Shown in pieces: positions 30,593 through 40,310 of a stretch of DNA of 64,000 bases. This DNA is from an uncultured Thermoleophilia bacterium (GTDB taxonomy: Bacteria > Actinomycetota > Thermoleophilia > UBA2241): positions 64,001 to 128,000 of the forward strand of contig CAVPCT010000004.1 of the NCBI GenBank assembly GCA_963702475.1, given 5' to 3'. Within the stretch, counting starts at the first letter, position 1; each line of letters opens with the position of its first letter. Position numbers and translations under genes: made by a program. The notes below the pieces were generated by a model. It was not told where the DNA came from, did no database searches, and saw only the letters and a program-made list of their open reading frames with translations.

Positions 30593-31962
30593 CTAGGACG
30601 TGACGCGGACGGCGAGCCGCTCGAAGAACGCGGCCTGGAGCCGCAGGTCCTCGACGGCAATGCGCTCGTCCACCCCGTGCAGGCGCGGCGCCACATCACG
30701 GAAGTCCTCGCGCACGAACGGGCAGACGCCGTAGGCGACCGCGCCGGGCCACGCGGCGCGCACGTGCGCGGAGTCGGTGAACCAGGAGCCGAGCTCGGCG
30801 ACCATGCGCGCGCCCGGAACGACCTCGCCCAGCGCCGCGACGATGGCGTCGTACAGCTCACCGGCGGGCTCGGAGCGGTTGCCGGACGTGACCTCGCAAG
30901 AAAGCACCGACCAGTCGGCCGCGACGCCGTCGAGCGCGCGGCCGAGCTCGCGGCGGACGTCGTCCTCCGTCTGCCCCGGCAACACGCGGCAGTCCACGTG
31001 GATCTCGGCCGCCGGCGGGATCACGTTGACGGCGTCGCCCTCGGTGCGCACCACCGTCACGACGAAGGTCAGGCCGAGCAATGGCTCGATGATGGCGGCA
31101 AGCCGCTCGTCGGTGAGCGCCAGCTCGCGCACGGCGCGCTGCGCCGTGGCCGGATCCTTGAGACGCTCGCGAAGGCCCTCGTCCTGCACGGTCAGGTCGA
31201 TGAGCGCCGCGGGGATCGACTCCTCCCGCACCTCGGGCTCGTAGGCGTCGAGGGCGGTGAGGACCTCGGCGAGGCCGCTCACCGCGTTGCCCCGGCGCTG
31301 CGGCATGGAACCGTGCGCGGCGCGGCCGGACACGCGCACCCTGGTGTTCGCGTACCCCTTCTCACCGGCGTGGAGGACGTACAGGGGTCCGCCGGGGGCC
31401 TGGGGCATGCTCCAGCCGCCCTCGTTGACGGCGAAGTCGGCGCGAAGCAGGCTGGGGTGGCTGTCGGAGCAGCCAGCGGGCGCCACAACGCAGCGCCGGT
31501 CTCCTCGTCGGCGGTGGCCGCGAAGACGAGGTCGCCGCGCGGCGGCCGCGCGGCGGCGGCGCGAAGCGCCACGCGCGCGAAGGCGACCGCCTGCGCCGCC
31601 AGCTGGTGCTTCATGTCCAGGGCGCCGCGACCCCACACGTAGCCGTCACGGACGCGGCCGGCGAACGGCGCCTCCTGCCAGCCCTCAGGCGCCGCCGGGA
31701 CGACGTCCAGATGCCCGAGCAGGAGCAGAGAGCGCCCGCCCCCGCTGCCGTGCAGGCGGGCGACCAGGTTGCCGACCTCGGGCGCCTCGCCGACGACCTG
31801 TGCCTCGACGCCGTTGGCGGCGAAGAAGTCCGTGAGCACGGCGAGCGCCGGGCGCACGTCGCCCGGCGGGTTGCTCGTGTCGGCGCGGATCAGGCGCGCA
31901 AGCAGGCCGACGACAGCGTCGGGGTCGTCGGCCCGCAGAGGAAACCCGGTCGTCGCGTCCAC
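30593..31962 (-). CDS. M20/M25/M40 family metallo-amidohydrolase/peptidase, apparent frameshift(s) near 31480-31495
   Basis: GHLDVV, WGRGALDMK, ADEE, NEGG, GEKG, AHGS, NVIP, TD, HGVDERI. Confidence 0.88.
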
Positions 31963-31976
31963 GGCGTCTCCGTCGC

Positions 31977-32610
31977 TCAGCCGGCGCGCACCAGCTCCTG
32001 CACCGCCGGCCAGATGCGCTCCATGATGCCGGCCGTCTCCGCGGTGATCTCGGCGGCGCGCGTCAGGAGCCCGTGCCGCGCCGCCTCGTCCTTGAGCGAC
32101 GGCACGTTGATCTCCACGTTGAGGACGCCGCCGGCGACGCCGGAGGCGGCCATCTGCACGGCCACGCCCAGGTCGCTGGCCGCGGCCGTGTTGAAGCCGA
32201 CGGACACGGTCTCGGCGAGGCGTAGCAGCTTGAGACACGACTCCGCCGTGGCCAGCGGCACGTCGGCGGCGGTACGGATGGCGACCTGGATCTGCGCCGC
32301 GCGCGCCGCCTTCTCGTCGTCGGTCTCCTTGGGCATGCGGAACGCGTCCACCACCCCGAGATAGGCGTCGGTATCGCGGTCGACGGCGGCCAAGAGGCCG
32401 GCGCGCAGCTTGTCCGCGGCTGCGAGCGAGTCGCGCAGGACGGGCTCGCGTTCCTCGAGCTCCGCCTTGCCGACGCTGAGCTTGCAGACCATGGCCACGA
32501 GGCCGGCGGCCATGCCGCCGGCGGCCGCGGCCACGCTGCCGCCGCCGGGGGCGGGCGAGTCGGACGCGAGCTCGGCGGCGAAGCCGGTGAGGGTCAGGTC
32601 AGATGAGCAT
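31977..32610 (-). CDS. Second cyclodeaminase/cyclohydrolase family protein, +1 indel just after the start
   Basis: GGAGGAG RBS and ATG 32610; ASDSPAPGGGSVAA, AFRMPK, SDLGV, NVEIN. The ORF track fuses it artefactually to larA. Confidence 0.88.
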
Positions 32611-32743
32611 GTGCTCCTCCGGGTCTCGATTCGGGTTGACCAGCGGCGCACCGGCACGGGGCCGGGACGGGGGCCGAGTGAGTCGTGCCCGGCCGCCCGC
32701 GGCGCCGCCCGGCCGGGCGGCGCCGCGGGCGGCCGGGCAGCGC

Positions 32744-34050
32744 TCATCCTACGACGGGCAGACAGTCGCCGCCGTACGGCAGCAGGCCGATCGTGCCACC
32801 GGGCTGCAGCTGCAGGGCCCGGTCGACGGCGGCCTGCAGGTCGATGTGGCGCTCGTAGCCCAGCAACTCGCACATCGTCGTCGGACAGGCCGTCGCTCAC
32901 CAGCAGGATCGCGGCCTTCTCGCGGATCTTGGCGTTGTCCACGCCCAGATCCGCGGCGATGACGTCGATCTCCCGGTCGCTGGGGTCGGCGGCCTTCACC
33001 AGCTCGATGCCGTGGGCGAACGTCTGCTGCAGCCAGAACCGAAGCCTGGGGTGGTTGTGCTCGAGGCCCTCGGGGCACGGCGAAGCGAACACGATGACGC
33101 CGCCTTCCTTCACCGCGAAGTACGCGGCGATGAGGCCCTTCTCGCCCTGCCACCACTCGATGTCGGCCGGATACGAGCTCACGATGACGATGTCGGCCGG
33201 CTCCGGCACACGGACGCCCCAGGCACGCCGGGACACCTCGACGCCGGCGCGGTGCGCCTCCACGCAGTCCCCCGCGACGATCTCCACGATCTTGTGGTAC
33301 GGGTCCTGAACGACGTTGACGATGAACGCCAGGCCGACGATGCGCGCGACCTCTTCCATACCGCGGCGGCAGGGTGTGTCCACCTCGCCCAGCGGGATCT
33401 CCGGCAGCACGGTGGCCGTGACGTGCGTGGCGGCGGTGGTCGCGAACCCGCAGACGCCCGGCTGGACGATCTTGGCGCCGCCGGCGTACCCGGCGCCGCA
33501 GTGCGGGATGATGTTGCCGAGCCCGATGAGGAGGTCGGCATCCATGGCGGTGCGGTTCACCTGCACGGGGATGGTGTAGCCCTCGCCGGCGCTGATCGCG
33601 CCGAGGTCCACGAGCTGGTCCTCGTCGTTGAAGTCGTGCTGCGAGATGTGCACGCGGCCGAGGGCCTCCTCGCCCACTTTGGCCAGGATCTCGTCGTCGG
33701 TCATCAGCCGATGCGTGCCGGGCGCGGTGAGGATCTCGATGTGGTCGTCGGTCACGCCGGCGGCGTTCAGCTCGTCGAACAGCACCGGCAGGATGCGGTG
33801 GACCGGGGTCGTGCGCGTAGCGTCCTCGACCAGGACGACGACCTTGAGCTTGCCCGCCGCGAGCTCCGCGAGCGGCGGCGTGCCGATGGGGGCGCGGAGC
33901 CGCGCTCGCAGCGTGGCGGCGAAGTCCTCGATCTCCGGCAGCTCCTCCATCTCGCCGGTGAAGACGATGCTGCCGGCCGGGACCTCGGCCGAGACCGTCC
34001 GGCGCTTCGCCGTACGGGAGCTCGATGACGGTGCGTTCGTCCGCGACCAT
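32744..34050 (-). CDS. Nickel-pincer dependent lactate racemase (LarA) family racemase/epimerase, apparent frameshifts near 34005 and 32865
   Basis: IELPYG, PIGTPPL, EDATR, GTHR, PHCGAGYAGGAKIVQPG, CPEG, LLPYGG. Confidence 0.88.
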
Positions 34051-34060
34051 GCCTGAGGCC

Positions 34061-34507
34061 TCAGGCGCCGGCGGGCGCAGCCGCCCCGGCGCCGCCTTTG
34101 GTCACCGTGATCGTCCCGGCGGTCGCGTCGACCCTGACGGCGTCACCGTTCTCGAGAGCCTCGTAGAAGCCCTCTTCGACCTCGTCCACCAGCGGGATCT
34201 CCATGGCGATGATGGTGGAGACGATCACCGGCTCCGGCCGCTCCAGCACCACGGCGGCCGGCGCGACGTTGTTGATGATCAGGCGATACAGGCCGTCGGC
34301 CTGGACGACCGAGCTGCCTTTGCCCGTCGGCATCACGAGCACCCGGCCTGCGACGCTCTGGCAATCGAGCGCGTGGCCCTTCTCGATGACCGTGCCGGTG
34401 GTCGGGTCGCAGAGCGCGAAGCAGAGGGCGTCCTTCGACAGCAACGCGGAGCCTTCGCCGGCGCCCTCGGAGATGCAGCGGCAGGAGAAGGTGAGCTGCT
34501 CGGCCAT
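34061..34507 (-). CDS. Aconitase X swivel (small) subunit, DUF126
   Basis: GTVIEKGH, PTGKGSS, IPLVD; its start overlaps the stop of the large subunit. Confidence 0.9.
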   Translation of the reverse strand: MAEQLTFSCRCISEGAGEGSALLSKDALCFALCDPTTGTVIEKGHALDCQSVAGRVLVMPTGKGSSVVQADGLYRLIINNVAPAAVVLERPEPVIVSTIIAMEIPLVDEVEEGFYEALENGDAVRVDATAGTITVTKGGAGAAAPAGA

Positions 34508-35721
34508 CAGTGGACCTCCCCGGCGATGGCGGCTTCGACGGCCTGCATCAGCGGCCGCACCGCATAGTCCTGTCCGTACACCTGGCAGTAGAAGGCGCAC
34601 TTCTGCGACTCGGTGACGCCGGGCCTGCCGTAGTAGATGTCCCAGCAGCCGGGCACGTCCATGCAGGTGTCGGGCAGGACGTGCCCGCCGGCGCGCTGGA
34701 TCGTCGCCAGGTGGCCCATGCGGTCGGCGAGCTCCAGCGTCAGGCTGCTGACCAGGAGCCAGGTGTCCACCGCGAAGCGGCGGCCCTGGAGCTGCTCGGC
34801 GATCTCGCCGATCTGGCGGATGGTGAGGTGCGGGCAGCCGAACATGGCGTACTCGATCGGCCCCGGCGTGCCGGCGAACTGCTCGCGCACGCGCTCGAGG
34901 TCGGCCTGCGTGATCTTCACAGTCGCCTTGGGAGCCTTGCCGCCGAGGGCCGTGTCCACATCCGGGGCCTCGGGAGTGATGCCGGCGATGTGGTACATGG
35001 CGACGGAGCCGGACGTCGCCAACTCGGCGCCGAACTGCACGAAGCCCTCCGGTGTGGCGCGCTTCGTGATGCCGGTGAACACCGGCACCTCGCCGCCCTT
35101 GTACACCTGCGGGTAGGCGTAGCCGAGCAGGTGCCAGTCGAAGTCCTCCTCGACCTTGGCCTCGACCTCCACGACGACCTCGGCCAGGCGGTTCTCGTCG
35201 AGCAGGAACCCGTACTCGGGCACCCGGCCGGTCACGGCCGCGCACAGCGCGCTGATGGACGACTCGCGGTTGCTGCGCGCGCCGAGCACGGAGTTCACGT
35301 ACGGCGTGGCGCTCGACTCCGAGAAGGCGACGATCTCGCCGAAAGCCGGCACGTTCTTCTCGATCTCCGGCGTGCAGCTCAGCGTCATGATTGCGCCGAT
35401 CCTGCGGTACGCAGCGTTGCTCTTCGTCACGTTGTCGAGGCCGAACTGGTCCATCGCCCAGAGGTGGTCGGAGACGTAGTCCAAGTCCATGCTCGGGTTC
35501 GTCGTGGGCGGGACGATGCAGCGCGCGCCGCCGTCCACCAGCTTGGTCACGAAGTAGATGTCGCCCTGCTGGGCGCTGGCCGCGACATGCGCCCGGGTGA
35601 TGGGCACCATGCGCTTGGCGTAGAAGGCGCGGCCGGTTCCGACCTGCACCTTCATGGCGAGGGCCATGCCCTCCCCGTACTTGCCGTCGAGCATCTCCTG
35701 CTCGAAGGTCGTCAACTCCAT
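34507..35721 (-). CDS. Aconitase X catalytic (large) subunit, DUF521
   Basis: SCTP, SESSA, NSVLGARSNRE, YHIAGITPEA, GCPH, DTC. Confidence 0.92.
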   Translation of the reverse strand: MELTTFEQEMLDGKYGEGMALAMKVQVGTGRAFYAKRMVPITRAHVAASAQQGDIYFVTKLVDGGARCIVPPTTNPSMDLDYVSDHLWAMDQFGLDNVTKSNAAYRRIGAIMTLSCTPEIEKNVPAFGEIVAFSESSATPYVNSVLGARSNRESSISALCAAVTGRVPEYGFLLDENRLAEVVVEVEAKVEEDFDWHLLGYAYPQVYKGGEVPVFTGITKRATPEGFVQFGAELATSGSVAMYHIAGITPEAPDVDTALGGKAPKATVKITQADLERVREQFAGTPGPIEYAMFGCPHLTIRQIGEIAEQLQGRRFAVDTWLLVSSLTLELADRMGHLATIQRAGGHVLPDTCMDVPGCWDIYYGRPGVTESQKCAFYCQVYGQDYAVRPLMQAVEAAIAGEVH

Positions 35722-35734
35722 AGGAGCTCCCTTC

Positions 35735-36685
35735 TCAGGCGGGAGGGGCGGCCACGTTGCACGGCTTTCCCTCGATGAAGCGCACGGCATTGTCGGTGCA
35801 GGCGGCAGCCAGCCTCGTGCTGGCCTCGCCGGTGTTGAACCCGATGTGGGGGGTGAGGACCACGTTCTCCAGCGTGAAGAAGCCGGCGGCGCTGGGGTCG
35901 GCCAGATCGAAGACGTCCAAGCCGGCGCCGGCGATGCTCCCGCAGGCGAGCGCCTCGTACAGGGCGGCCTGGCGGACAAGACCGGCTCTCGCCGTGTTGA
36001 CGAGCACGCCGTGCCCGGGCATGCGCGCCAGGAGTGGCGCGTCGACCATGTCCCGTGTCTCAGCCGTCAGCGGCGCGTGCAGGCTGACCAGGTCGCTGTC
36101 GGCGAACAGCCGGTTCAGCGGCAGATACGTCGCTCCGGTCTCGGCCACGAGGGCGTCCGAGCGGACGACGTCGTGGGCAAGGATCGTCATGCCGAACGCG
36201 TGACCCAGCGTGGCGACGCGCCGGCCGATGGCGCCGGTGCCGACCACGCCGAGCGTGCTGCCGCACAACTCGCCGCCGCGGAACCGATCCCAGTCGCGCT
36301 CGCGCCTGTCGCGAAAGAAGCGGTCGGCGGCCGCGACCTTGCGCTTGACGGCGAGCATGAGCCCGAGGGCGAGCTCCGCGACGGCGTTGGTGGCGTACTC
36401 GGGCACACGGCAGACGACCACGCCGCGCCGCGCCGCCGTCTCAACGTCCACCGTGTCGACACCCGTAGCCGCCAGAGAGATCATGCGCAGCCGCGGCAGC
36501 CGCTCGAGGGCGGGCGCGTCCATCCGTGCCCAGCAGCACAGCACGACCTCGGCGTCGCCCGCCCGCTCGACCAGCTCGTCGTCGTCGCGAGGAACGCCCT
36601 CGTAGACGCGCACGTCACCGAGTGCCGAGAGACGCGCGAGGTTCTCGTGGCCGAGGTCGAAGTCGTCGAGGACGACGATGCGCAT
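35735..36685 (-). CDS. D-2-hydroxyacid dehydrogenase (glycerate/phosphoglycerate dehydrogenase-like)
   Basis: GVVGTGAIG, LHAPL, NTARAG, LDVF, TPHIG. Confidence 0.93.
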   Translation of the reverse strand: MRIVVLDDFDLGHENLARLSALGDVRVYEGVPRDDDELVERAGDAEVVLCCWARMDAPALERLPRLRMISLAATGVDTVDVETAARRGVVVCRVPEYATNAVAELALGLMLAVKRKVAAADRFFRDRRERDWDRFRGGELCGSTLGVVGTGAIGRRVATLGHAFGMTILAHDVVRSDALVAETGATYLPLNRLFADSDLVSLHAPLTAETRDMVDAPLLARMPGHGVLVNTARAGLVRQAALYEALACGSIAGAGLDVFDLADPSAAGFFTLENVVLTPHIGFNTGEASTRLAAACTDNAVRFIEGKPCNVAAPPA

Positions 36686-36791
36686 GGGCACAGCTCCGGA
36701 TCGCGGTGGTGGCGCGGCGCGCCCTGGCGTCGCCGCAGTGCATCGCCCATCATGAACGCGGCGGGGGAGGGGTCAACCGGCGGCCTCTCGC

Positions 36792-36811
36792 CCGTCCACG
36801 CACGTGGACGG
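36792..36811. promoter_or_regulatory. Perfect palindrome between divergent promoters
   Basis: CCGTCCACG-CA-CGTGGACGG, flanked by minus-strand TTGACC (36771-36776) and plus-strand TTGACG-N16-TATGCT (36830-36857). Confidence 0.6.
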
Positions 36812-36981
36812 AAAAGGAGCGCGTACCGATTGACGACCGCGCCACGGGGGCTATGCTGTCCGCAGACCGGCTCCGTGCCTCGGGACCCTGCTCACGGGCC
36901 CCCGCCCGGGCCCCTCGCCGGGGGGTCAGGGCCACGCGGACGCCGCCTATCGCCTTTCCCCTCGCCCCGACTGGAGGACAC

Positions 36982-38397
36982 ATGCCTGCCTATCGCCTGC
37001 GCACCACGGCTCTCGACGAGGAGGGGTGCGCCGCCGTCCACGCGGCGACCGTCGAGATCCTCGAGAAGACCGGCGTGGAGGTGCGGCACGACGGCGCCCT
37101 GCGGCTGCTGAGCGACGCCGGCGCGCAGGTGGACGGCACGCGCGTGCGCATCCCGGCGGCGCTCGTGGACGACGCCCTCGCCGCCGCGCCGCGCACCGTT
37201 ACCATGGCCTCGCGCGGCGAGACCGGCGCGCTCGCGCTGAAGGCCGGTCCCGTCTACTACGGCTCCGGCTCCGACTGCCTCGTCTGTCTGGGGCCGCACA
37301 CCCGCGAACGCCGCATGGTCTCACTCGACGACGTGGAGCAGATGGCCGCTCTCCAGGAGCACCTGCCCAACACCGACTTCGTGATGAGCATGGCGCACCC
37401 GCACGAACTGCCGGCCTCGTTCGCCCCAGCCGCGCAGTTCGCGGCCATGCTGCGCGGCACGTCCAAGCCGCTCATCATGGTGCCGGAGGTGGCCGCGGAC
37501 ATCGACCTGTTCCACGAGATGGCGGCCGTGTGCGGCTCCGCCGGCAGCTGGGCGCTGTACGCCATGCCCACGCCGCCGCTGGTGCACGGCGAGCACTCGG
37601 CGGCACGCCTCATCCGCTGCGCGGAGCTGGGCGTGCCGATGGTGTACGCCTCGGCGACGCTGCAGGGAGCGACCGGGCCCGCGTCGCGCGCCGGGCAGAT
37701 CGTGCAGACCAACGCCGAGATGCTGAGCGGCCTTGTGGTCAGCGAGCTCGCTGTGCCGGGCGCCCCGTTCGTGTACGGCGTCGCCCAGGGCGCCATGAAC
37801 CCGCGCACGGCGCACGTCGTCTACTGCGCGCCGGAGAGCATGGCCGTCCAACAGGCCTCCGCCGACCTGGCCGGCTTTTACGGCCTGCCCACATTCGGCT
37901 ACGGCGGCTGCTCTGACTCGCTCGCGCTCGACGAGCAGTGGGCCTTCGAGGCGGGTATGACGCTGCTCACCGCGGCACAGGCCGGTGTCACCCTGCTGCA
38001 CGACATCGGCTACGTGGCGTCGGGCACGGCCTCGTCCTACGAGACCATGGTCGTGCTGGACGAGCTCGTCGGCTGGGTGAAGGCGTACCTCGACGGCGTG
38101 ACCATCGACCCCGAGGCTCTGGCGCTGGAGGAGATCGACGCCGTGGGCCCGGGCGGGAGTCACCTGTCGCGCAAGTACTCCCGCCGGCACCTGCGCGACT
38201 ACGTAGCGCCACGCCTGATCTCGCAGGACCAGTACGACGCATGGCAGGCACGCGGCGGCGACACCCTGCTCGACCGCACCGCCGAGAGAACACGCGAGCT
38301 GCGTGAGGCGCCGCGGGCGTATGAGCTCGGCGAGGACGCGGCGGCGGCGCTGGACGCGCTGGTGGAGAAAGCGCGGACGGCGGCGCTGGGCAGCTGA
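36982..38397 (+). CDS. MttB family methyltransferase 2, non-Pyl
   Basis: YGSGSDC, PTPPL, GATGP, LLHDIGY; Pyl-equivalent region GYGG-C-SDS. Confidence 0.92.
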   Translation: MPAYRLRTTALDEEGCAAVHAATVEILEKTGVEVRHDGALRLLSDAGAQVDGTRVRIPAALVDDALAAAPRTVTMASRGETGALALKAGPVYYGSGSDCLVCLGPHTRERRMVSLDDVEQMAALQEHLPNTDFVMSMAHPHELPASFAPAAQFAAMLRGTSKPLIMVPEVAADIDLFHEMAAVCGSAGSWALYAMPTPPLVHGEHSAARLIRCAELGVPMVYASATLQGATGPASRAGQIVQTNAEMLSGLVVSELAVPGAPFVYGVAQGAMNPRTAHVVYCAPESMAVQQASADLAGFYGLPTFGYGGCSDSLALDEQWAFEAGMTLLTAAQAGVTLLHDIGYVASGTASSYETMVVLDELVGWVKAYLDGVTIDPEALALEEIDAVGPGGSHLSRKYSRRHLRDYVAPRLISQDQYDAWQARGGDTLLDRTAERTRELREAPRAYELGEDAAAALDALVEKARTAALGS

Positions 38398-38438
38398 CGG
38401 CGGGCGCCGTACCACCGCACCGACCGTGCCCGCGTCGC

Positions 38439-38481
38439 GCTCCTCGCGACTGGTTGTATTCTGCAACGAACCGCGAGGAGC
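38439..38481. terminator. Hairpin between convergent genes
   Basis: GCTCCTCGCG...CGCGAGGAGC outer stem with inner GTTGTA-TTC-TGCAAC. Confidence 0.45.
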
Positions 38482-38639
38482 CCGCATCGGTGACGATGGG
38501 CTCGGGCGGGAGACAATGCGGCGCGACTGGACGCAGGCCGGAAAGCCGAGCCGGCCCGCTCGGCCCGGGCGGCTGCCGACCGGGCCGAGCGGTCGCGGGC
38601 GGTAGCCGTCTACGCGGCCTGCCGGCGCCCAGGGATGAG

Positions 38640-40061
38640 TCAGGCGAAGGCGCCGGCGCGGATGAGTTCGCGCACCGGGTCGACGTCCACCGGCGGAGGC
38701 GTGCCCGGCACGAGCGGAGGCACGACCTCGCGGATGCGCTCGTAAGCAGCCGCGGTGCCGCAGCCGAGCGGACCGGCGCCGCGGGTGTCGACGGCCTGCG
38801 CCGCGACCAGCAGCTCGACGGCGACGATCGCCTCACCGAGCTCGACCTGCTCGGCCAGCTTGCGGGCAGAGAGCGGCAGATGCGTGGCGTGGTCTTCGAT
38901 GCCCTCGGCGCCCGAGCTGCTTGCGAGAGCGAACGACACCGGCTGCGCGAGTGCGCCGGCCTCCACCGTGAGTGACTCAGCCGTGATGGCGAGGATGCTG
39001 AGGCCAAGGTCGGGGCCGGGCTCGGGCATCAGCCCGGTCGGCAGCCCCGACCAGAGCGAGTCGAGCAGCTTCATGCTTCGCTCGGTCGCGGCGACGAGCA
39101 TGCCGGCGAGGGCGGCGCGCATGTAGTCGAGCGCCGCCGACAGCGCCAGCACCTCGTACACGGAGGCCGACCGGATCACGCATTCGTCGGCGAACACGAC
39201 GGGGTTCACCTGCGCGCAGCGCAGCTCGACCTCGAGCCGCTCGACGGCGTGCTCGAGCGCAGTGCGAGCCGCGGACTGGATCGGCCCCGTGCTGCGGTAC
39301 GTCAGCGGGTCCTGCAGGTTGCGCGCCGCTCCCTCAGCCCACAGGTAGCTGCCGTCCAGCAGCCCGCGCATGCGAGCGAAGGTACGTGCCAGGACGGGAT
39401 CCGGGCGGGCGCGCTCGACCGCGGGGTGCAGCGGAGAGAGGTTGGCGGCGAACCCCTCGAGCGCGAGGGCGCCGCCCACGTCGGCCGCGTCAACGAGGCG
39501 GGCGGCGTCGGCCAGCGCCAGCGCCGCCCGGCCGGTCCCGAAGGCGCTCGTGTTGAACAGGGCGAGGCCCTCACCCGGCGCCAGGTCCGTGCCGCCGAAG
39601 ACCTCGGCCACGAGGTCGGCCATCGGCGGCAGGTCGCTGGCGCCCAGCGAGCCCAGCGAGCGGACCCGCGGCCTCTCATCCTCGTTCAGCGCCTCCACGA
39701 GGCGCTCCGCGAGGACCGGCCGCAGGCAGGTGAAGCCCGCCGCCATCTGGTTGGCGAACACCACCATGGCGGCGCGCACCACGTCGGCCGGCGCCAGCGG
39801 GCCGACGCCGCTGCGCGTCTCCTGGATCTGGCGCCACTCGAAGGCGGCGTCGTCCGCGGCCACCGTGACGCGCTTCTGCACGCCAAGCCCCGTGGTGAGC
39901 CCGTACGTGGGCGTGCCGGCCTCCCACGTGGCGTCGGCGACCGTGCGGGCGCGCCTCATGCGCTCAACGGCTTCGCCGTCGAGCTCGACGCGGGTCCCGC
40001 CGCGCGCGACCGCGACCACGTCGGCGAGCGTGAGGTCCTGCCCCGTGAGGATCACCGCCAT
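38640..40061 (-). CDS. MIO-less aromatic amino acid lyase (ergothionase/trimethylammonia-lyase-like)
   Basis: HAL fold (YGLTTGLG, EGLAL, QDPLTYR, EDH), but GSLGASDL replaces GSxGASGDL. Confidence 0.85.
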   Translation of the reverse strand: MAVILTGQDLTLADVVAVARGGTRVELDGEAVERMRRARTVADATWEAGTPTYGLTTGLGVQKRVTVAADDAAFEWRQIQETRSGVGPLAPADVVRAAMVVFANQMAAGFTCLRPVLAERLVEALNEDERPRVRSLGSLGASDLPPMADLVAEVFGGTDLAPGEGLALFNTSAFGTGRAALALADAARLVDAADVGGALALEGFAANLSPLHPAVERARPDPVLARTFARMRGLLDGSYLWAEGAARNLQDPLTYRSTGPIQSAARTALEHAVERLEVELRCAQVNPVVFADECVIRSASVYEVLALSAALDYMRAALAGMLVAATERSMKLLDSLWSGLPTGLMPEPGPDLGLSILAITAESLTVEAGALAQPVSFALASSSGAEGIEDHATHLPLSARKLAEQVELGEAIVAVELLVAAQAVDTRGAGPLGCGTAAAYERIREVVPPLVPGTPPPVDVDPVRELIRAGAFA

Positions 40062-40310
40062 CGTCACTCCCTTCGCATCGCCGCCGAGGCCTCTCTACCC
40101 GCGGGTCTGCCCCGCCACGGCGTCCTCCTCGCCCACTCCGAGCACGTCGCGACAGTATCGCACGCCCTCCTCCAACGCGGCCTCCGCGGCGGCGAGAGCT
40201 GTGCCCATGTCAGCGAAGGGGATATCGGGAACGCTGAGGCGGAGCAGCACGGTCACTGCCGCCGGGTCGTGTGCGGCGGGGGAGGGGCTCGCGCCCGCGC
40301 CCGCCGACCG

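Noticed and set aside
32596-32610. ATG CTC ATC TGA as a Sec codon or leader peptide
   Set aside because: Removing one base restores the cyclodeaminase frame (M-x-SDLTLTGF), so it is an indel.
31977-33950. 657-aa LarA-cyclodeaminase fusion in the ORF track
   Set aside because: The linker is off-frame Arg/Pro-rich text. The true LarA C-terminus ends at 32744 in another frame, and the cyclodeaminase has its own RBS.
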